DNA of 64,000 nt from Eledone cirrhosa. Lineage: Eukaryota. Location: positions 38,812,001 through 38,876,000 of the forward strand of contig OZ024743.1 in NCBI GenBank assembly GCA_964016885.1, in the 5' to 3' direction. The position numbers and the translations under genes are program-made. This document shows positions 57,784 through 64,000 of the stretch, piece by piece. The stretch's first letter is position 1, and the number at the start of each line of letters is the position of its first letter. Under the pieces are notes generated by a model that was given only the letters and a program-made list of their open reading frames with translations, did no database searches and had not been told where the DNA came from.

Positions 57784-58260
57784 TTGCAGTATAGGTAGAG
57801 AGTCGCACACCATGCTTTGAAGCATAGAGTTACGTCCCTTTATGATCTGAGTTCAAATCCCGCCGAAGTTAACTTTGCCTTTCATCCTTACGGGATCGAT
57901 AAAATAAAGTACCAGTAAAGTACTGGGTAATTGCTGGCCTTGTGCCTAAAATAGAAACAATTATATTATAATATATTTTATCTTTTATCGGTAGGGCCTC
58001 CGATAACATGATTTGCAGCATATAGCTATAGCCTTTTATGTTCTGAGTTAAAATCACACCGGGATTAGCATTGCCTTTCATTTTTACGGGCTCGTTGAAA
58101 TAAAACACCAATTGCTGGCTTTGTGTCTATAGTAGAAATCATTATATTATACTACCCCGCCGAGGTTAACTTTTCCTTTCATCCTTACGGGGTCGATACA
58201 ATATAGTACCAGTAATACACTGGGTACTTGGTGGCATTGTGCCTAAAGTAGTAACAATTA
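57784..58260 (+). mobile_element. Cluster of three SINE family A copies (one near full-length, one degenerate, one 5'-truncated)
   Basis: Body gcctttcatccttacggg and tail agaaacaatta recur at ~57784-57965, ~57988-58143 and ~58155-58260. Confidence 0.75.
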
Positions 58261-58267
58261 AATTATA

Positions 58268-61200
58268 CTATCTGACGTACCCAGCTTCGCCCGGGTAAAC
58301 AGATGATAAGAGAAGACAGGTAAAAGAGAAAATGGCTGTATTGTATGTTTGTCTGGTTACAGTATGAGGCGAGTCTGTGGTGTCTGTGTGATAACAAAAA
58401 CAGTAAAAGAAATCTTCCAGATATACCAGATTCTTCGTTGTACCGTTTGTGCATAGTATATGAACAATTCTAGGTGCTCCCACCTAGAATAGTGATCTCT
58501 AGGAGATGGTTCATCTTCTGCCTGATTGTAAAACGTGTAACATTGCATACATATGGTTGTTCAACGTTTCTCAAAGGGATGATGGAAGTTCCAATCTTTT
58601 ATATTATATGTAGATATATATATCGATAATTAATATAAAATATGTCCGTCAATGTAAAAAAGGTCCCTATTTAATTGAAATGTTTTATACAAATGCCAAA
58701 TTAATATGGATATGGATAACATACTTATCTATAAGTGGTCAGCTATAATAATAAAACAACAAATTATATAACACAAAAATGTATTCAGTAATTCCCAGGC
58801 TCTTAGCCACTGATTAATAGACAGTCAATATTGCCCAGAGTTCAACTCGGGGAGGTAGCCTGGTTTGAACTCCAAATGGCGGTCCTTCTACTTCGAAAAT
58901 AGAATCGTTTTTCAATATTACTCTAGCCCTGGCCGGCCATAGGCACCAAACATTTTGCCAGACTCATCATATGATGAGGTTTTATTACCATCGCTATCAG
59001 AAGCGATACATTTGAAGGCAATTTCTACCAATACTTGTTGGTTTGTATTGCTCATTATCGACAATAAATGACATTGAACAGAAATAATAACTCTGTCAAA
59101 GCTCACAATACTTATCAAAGGATACATATGTCTGAAACATTTACGTCGAATATTCATAGCAATGAAGGCAATTTCTACCAATACTTGTTGGTATGTATTG
59201 CGCAACATAGCAGTGAAAGCAATTTTTACCAATACTTGTTTGTTTTTATTTCTCATAACGACATAAAATGACATTGAACATAAATGATAACTCTGTCAAA
59301 GCTCACAATACTGATCAAAGTACACCAATCTCCGAATCATTTACGTCGCTTATTGATAGCATTAAAGATATGCATACATCAGCTGAGAGCTTCATTATAG
59401 CCAATATTCAGGGTTGTTCCTCTGTTAGTGGTATCAATTGCACATGTTACACCATCAGGATCGCACACTTAAGATGCAGCAACATACAGTTGCCCATGGC
59501 TGAATGCTGGAACATTCAAGTAGACACCGACTCGCTTGAAACTCTGTCCCCGTGCCTTGTTGACAGTCATGGAGAAGGCTAAATTGACGGGAAACTGTCT
59601 CCTTTGCCAAATGAATGGCAGCAGATCATCACCTGGTCTCAGGATGATCCTCTGAATGAAAACCGAGTCCTCTCTGCCTGGGAGTTTAGCTTCTAAAACA
59701 CTTCCGTTAATCAATCTCTCAACAATCAATCTGGTACCATTGCAAACACCCATTTTATAATTGATATTTCTAAGCAATATAATCGGCATACCATTTTTCG
59801 ACCTCAATATATGTGGGGCGAATCCAGGTATTTGAAGTGAATTCAGATACTCAGTCGGAACATCCATATTGTTCTGCTGATTAGGCTCCATTGCATCCGC
59901 ACTGACGGTCAACCTTCCTCTCCAAGAAACATTCAGGCAATTTGTGAATTTATTTCATCGACTGTTGCATTCGTATGAGTTAGAATAACGCGTTCCGATA
60001 TCCAGGAGATATTCTGCCAAAAAGCATTCAAATTAGGGAACACCTAGTCAATCAATGCTTGGCAGTCCAGTGGCATGATCAAATGGTCTGAGATTCTTAC
60101 AGTCTGATTATCACCAACGTGTGGCACTTCATCGTTTCCCAACTGCATAAACCACCGGCCGTATGTCTCAGCCCCTTCGTTTTGCCCGAACATACGAAGT
60201 CGCATATTATCGTGTAATAGCAAAACTCTGAAATGGCCCCACAACGGGGACTTTTTCAGACATGCATCGACAATTTTCGCTCTTTGAGCATTCCTAACAA
60301 TTGGTAGCACCAGTCTGAAATCGCCACCAAGAACGAGAGTCTTACCACCGAATGGCATGTCACTTCCGCAGATATCTCTCAGAGTTCTGTCCTATGCCTC
60401 CAGCAAATATCTGTGTGCCATTGGAGCCTCGTCTCAGATAATCAGAGACGTATTGCGTATACGGACCCGAGCTCACTTTGTCCTGTAATGCTATAGACAC
60501 TCAACTCATCCGGAGCCAATGGAGCCTTGAAGCATGAGTGTAGGGTCCTTCCACCACTCAGCAACGTGGCAGCGATCCCTCTGGTGGCCACAGGGAGAGC
60601 AATCTTCCTCTGAGCTCTGACTGCCGATAACATAGTGTTGAAACAGCATTTCTTTCCTGTGCCTCCTGGAGCATCTATCTAAGCACAGAGTTGCTCATTA
60701 GTGGAAATCGAGTGGTGAACGCCATCGTTCAATTTTCTCTCTGAGATTGGGTCAACATTGGCATACGTTCATCCACAGTACGTTGCTGTTGAGTGGATCA
60801 AACTGGAATAGTTCCCCCCGATCGAGTGGCAACCATCTAAGCTGCAATCTCATGTTCAATGCTAAGACACGTTGCCGCATTTCTTCATCAGGAATTGGCA
60901 AATTGAAATCTGTTAAACATTTGAAATGAACTTCAAGCAGTTGCTCAATATTGAGCAAAACAATAGCTTTCATCAAATTGTCATCATCGATCTGAAGATG
61001 ATGCCTAAAATCATCAGCCATAATTCAACAATGGCGTTCAAATAACTCTCTCGGATCGGTAGGATTGCAGAATCCTAGAATCGCCACAAACAACTACCTT
61101 ATTTGAGCTGGCATGAGTGTTGCTACAACTTTCCACATTAATATGACAACGATATTTCATAATCAAATATGGATTGTATGGCACAACCCATTGATTTGTA

Positions 61201-63750
61201 ACCTGTCGACCGATTATATTTTCGACCAACCGCCATCTGCAGGCGACCGTCTTCTGAATGAAGGATGAGCAATCTCATCGTTCCAGGAAGTGTTCGTGTT
61301 AACAGATTTCGGAAATTGCTTACTGCATTGGCCATTTTTCATGCAAGGTGCTTTCCGTTTTGCCACTCCGCATTGGTTGTGCACCATTGTTTTTGCCACC
61401 AAGTTGCGTAGTGTCTCATTCTCCGGCAGTTCAGCACACACTATGCTGTCGACATCCTCACCACATCTCAATTTGCAATCTCTATGTAAAATGATCAGCA
61501 AATGTGCATGTGGCAATCCTCCTTTTTGGAATTCAATTACGTATGTAAAATCAACTACACCTCCAAAGATTCCCTCTTTTTCCACACCATCCATTATCTT
61601 TTTCAGATATCCTTTGAATACTGTTGCTACAATATCAGGGCGGTCTTTTGTCTGTTGTCCTGGCAAAAGTGCATCGTTAATATCAGTCCATTCAGGATTG
61701 CATCTAACCGTTATAAACAAATCTAGCTTTCCAAACTTTCTGACAATAGACATTGCATCCTGATAGCGAATGTTCATATATCTCGGGCCGCCGATGAACG
61801 ACGATGGCAAAATGATGCGTCGACCAATTTGCTTGTAATTGGCATCATCGGCTGTTATCGCATCATTTAAATTAATATACAATTCAGCTCTGATGTGTTG
61901 CTGAAGTGTAGCTATATAATTTAGCCTTTGATGTTCGATCTTTGTGAATGCCATACAACAGTATTCCTGGAAAAATCAGCTGCTGGCTTGAAATAACGCA
62001 TTTCTCTGTTGATTCCTCTCGTTAAAATGGAACGCGTAAAAGTCGCGAATCGAATTATTGTGTCTATTGCCACCTCCATGTTGATTCTGATTCTCATGAT
62101 CATTTTCACCTTTTGGGAATAAAACAATATAATGCAACGGATCGTATGCCCTCTTTGACTCATTGATAGTCTTGAGACCACCATCTCTGCGCTGGAGGAC
62201 GATATCCCTCGATCCAGGCTTATCGTCCATCAACACAGCAACTTCACGAAATAGTTCAGGGGCATTATATCGCCGTTCGTGTTGATTCCTTGGCACTGCG
62301 TCAGCTTTAATCACCAATGTTTGCTGCTGAACATTTTGCAGTTCAGCCCCTAACATGAAATCCATAACATAAGGATTACACTGTCTAAGCCATGATTGCA
62401 AATCACAGATCAATCACTTAACCTTTGCCGTTTAAGTTCAGCAATATTTCCCGGCAACTTCATCCAACCGATCCTGATATCCTCCTCCGAGTCACTATAA
62501 TCTGGATCGTTCGAGGCCTCTCTCCTGGGGTAACTTCTAAATTACCGATACAATGATACAAACGGTCTTGAATGACTACATTCGGTTGCTATGCTCCACT
62601 CTCAAACATCTCACAACGCCCTGCGATGCTAAAGCTAATGAATTGTTAATTTACCGCGAATATTTGCGCAGTAATCTACCTCGGTCTCCTTGATAACCCC
62701 ACATACTTAGTATTTTAAACTCCGGTAACTCCTCATCATCCGGCATTCGCAAGGGTTTTGTTGAACTGCTCCTTTATGGCAGCAAATTGTGGTCCACGTC
62801 TGTTCGTGCCTCCTAAGCAATGCCCCACAATGTGGACACTGCTCGTCCACCAATCTGAAAATGACACGGTTGCCATGATCCATATTTAATATCATTCGTT
62901 CGCCTTCTAGCCTCTTTACTGGAATGAGGAACACTTTGGCGATACAATCTATGAACTTCTGTATTGCGATGGGGCTGTTCAGCGAGCCCCTCCTCATCCA
63001 TCGCAGCACGCCGTTACTGCTGAATTCTGGCTATCTGCTGATGATGCTCAGCCAGTACGTCTTCAACCATCGCAGCACGCCGTCGCTGCTTGGCCCCTTT
63101 GTTTCGTTGGCGTTGTTCAGCCAGCTCCTCTTCATTCATGGCGGCACGTTTTCGCCTCTGAAGTTTGTCCTTCCGATGGCGCTGTTCGGCCCGTTTTTCA
63201 TCATTCCTGGCTGCACGCCGTCGCCGCTGTAGTTCACTGTTTGATAAAGTCGAATTGATTTTATTATGAGTATTCATTTCGAGCAATTGTCAAAAAATGA
63301 CACAATAATAAATATAAAAGATGTCCGTCAATGTAAAGAAAGGTCCCTATTTACTCCCTTCACAACCCTGTGTATGTTAGACAGACAGACAGGCACACAG
63401 ACAGATAAACTGCGTGGCAATTGTGGAACGCCACACACATACACGCCTGGAAACGCGCACAGCGCCCGAATTTACACACACATACACTCACACATGTTGA
63501 TAGTTTTTATATACTGTGGAACGCTGCACGCACGCACACACACACATAAACATACGCGCGCGTACATACAGACGCACACATGTTAATAGTTATAGAACAC
63601 AGCGTTCACACTCTCCCCTCTCACTCCCTCTTTGGCATTATTTCAGTTTGGCGTCGTTGAGGTGGGCGGAGTCGTTTGAAACCTATGAACCAATGATAAT
63701 TGAGAATTATGACACACGGAATACTGACGTTCTTGACATTAATAAATAGA
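58268..63750 (-). mobile_element. Autonomous-type Helitron with both termini visible, coding region decayed
   Basis: Minus strand 5' A|TCtatttattaatg (63750). 3' hairpin cccgggcgaagctggg + tacgtcagATAG|T (58268; CTAG mutated). Rep/Hel ORF fragments inside. Confidence 0.85.
59380..63286 (-). pseudogene. Helitron Rep (HUH) / PIF1-like helicase pseudogene
   Basis: ILPSSFIGGPRYM, LFITVRCNPEW, VIEFQKGGLPHAHLL (Rep motifs). IDAPGGTGK, DEAPM, FGGKTLVLGGDFR, CNGTRL, QFPVNLAFSMTVNKARGQSF, FSHGQLYVAAS (helicase motifs). Many frameshifts and stops. Confidence 0.95.
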
Positions 63751-63767
63751 TTATATAATATTATATA

Positions 63768-63960
63768 AGGGCGGTGGATTGGCAGTATCGGTAGAGGGTC
63801 GGACGCCATGCTTTGATGCATAGATTTACGGCCCTTTCCATTCTGATTTCAAATCAACCGAGGTTAACATTGCCTTTCATCCTTACGGGATCGATAAAAT
63901 TAGGTACCAGTATTGCACTGGAATAATTGATGGTCTTGTGCCAAATCTAGAAACAATTAT
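63768..63960 (+). mobile_element. SINE family A
   Basis: gggcggtggattggcagtatcggtag...tagaaacaattata. Confidence 0.85.
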
Positions 63961-64000
63961 ATTATATCATATTATATATTATTATATTGGTAGACTTCTG

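Overview
Very AT-rich, repeat-saturated eukaryotic (animal) genomic DNA. The tRNA-derived SINEs and (TA)n/(CA)n/(GA)n microsatellite load suggest a cephalopod such as an octopus (inference). No host protein-coding exon could be supported; most long ORFs in the track are microsatellite artefacts. The window is a transposable-element mosaic with four main components. (1) More than a dozen Penelope-like element (PLE) remnants of many families sit in (TA)n tracts. Most form head-to-head inverted repeats, most carry a minimal type I hammerhead ribozyme (HHR) motif, and five families use a compensatory U3-A8 core. (2) A 5.8-kb head-to-tail array of six non-autonomous Helitrons (8619-14413) has exact CTAG|TC junctions and alternating A/B variants. 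(3) A terminus-to-terminus but decayed Rep/Helicase Helitron lies at 58268-63750. (4) There are also two decayed hAT transposons, a mariner fossil, HERO-, RTE-, R4/Dong- and L1/Tx1-like LINE fragments, and about 12 SINEs. All calls were made by eye and by recalled motif similarity; boundaries are approximate unless a junction sequence is quoted.
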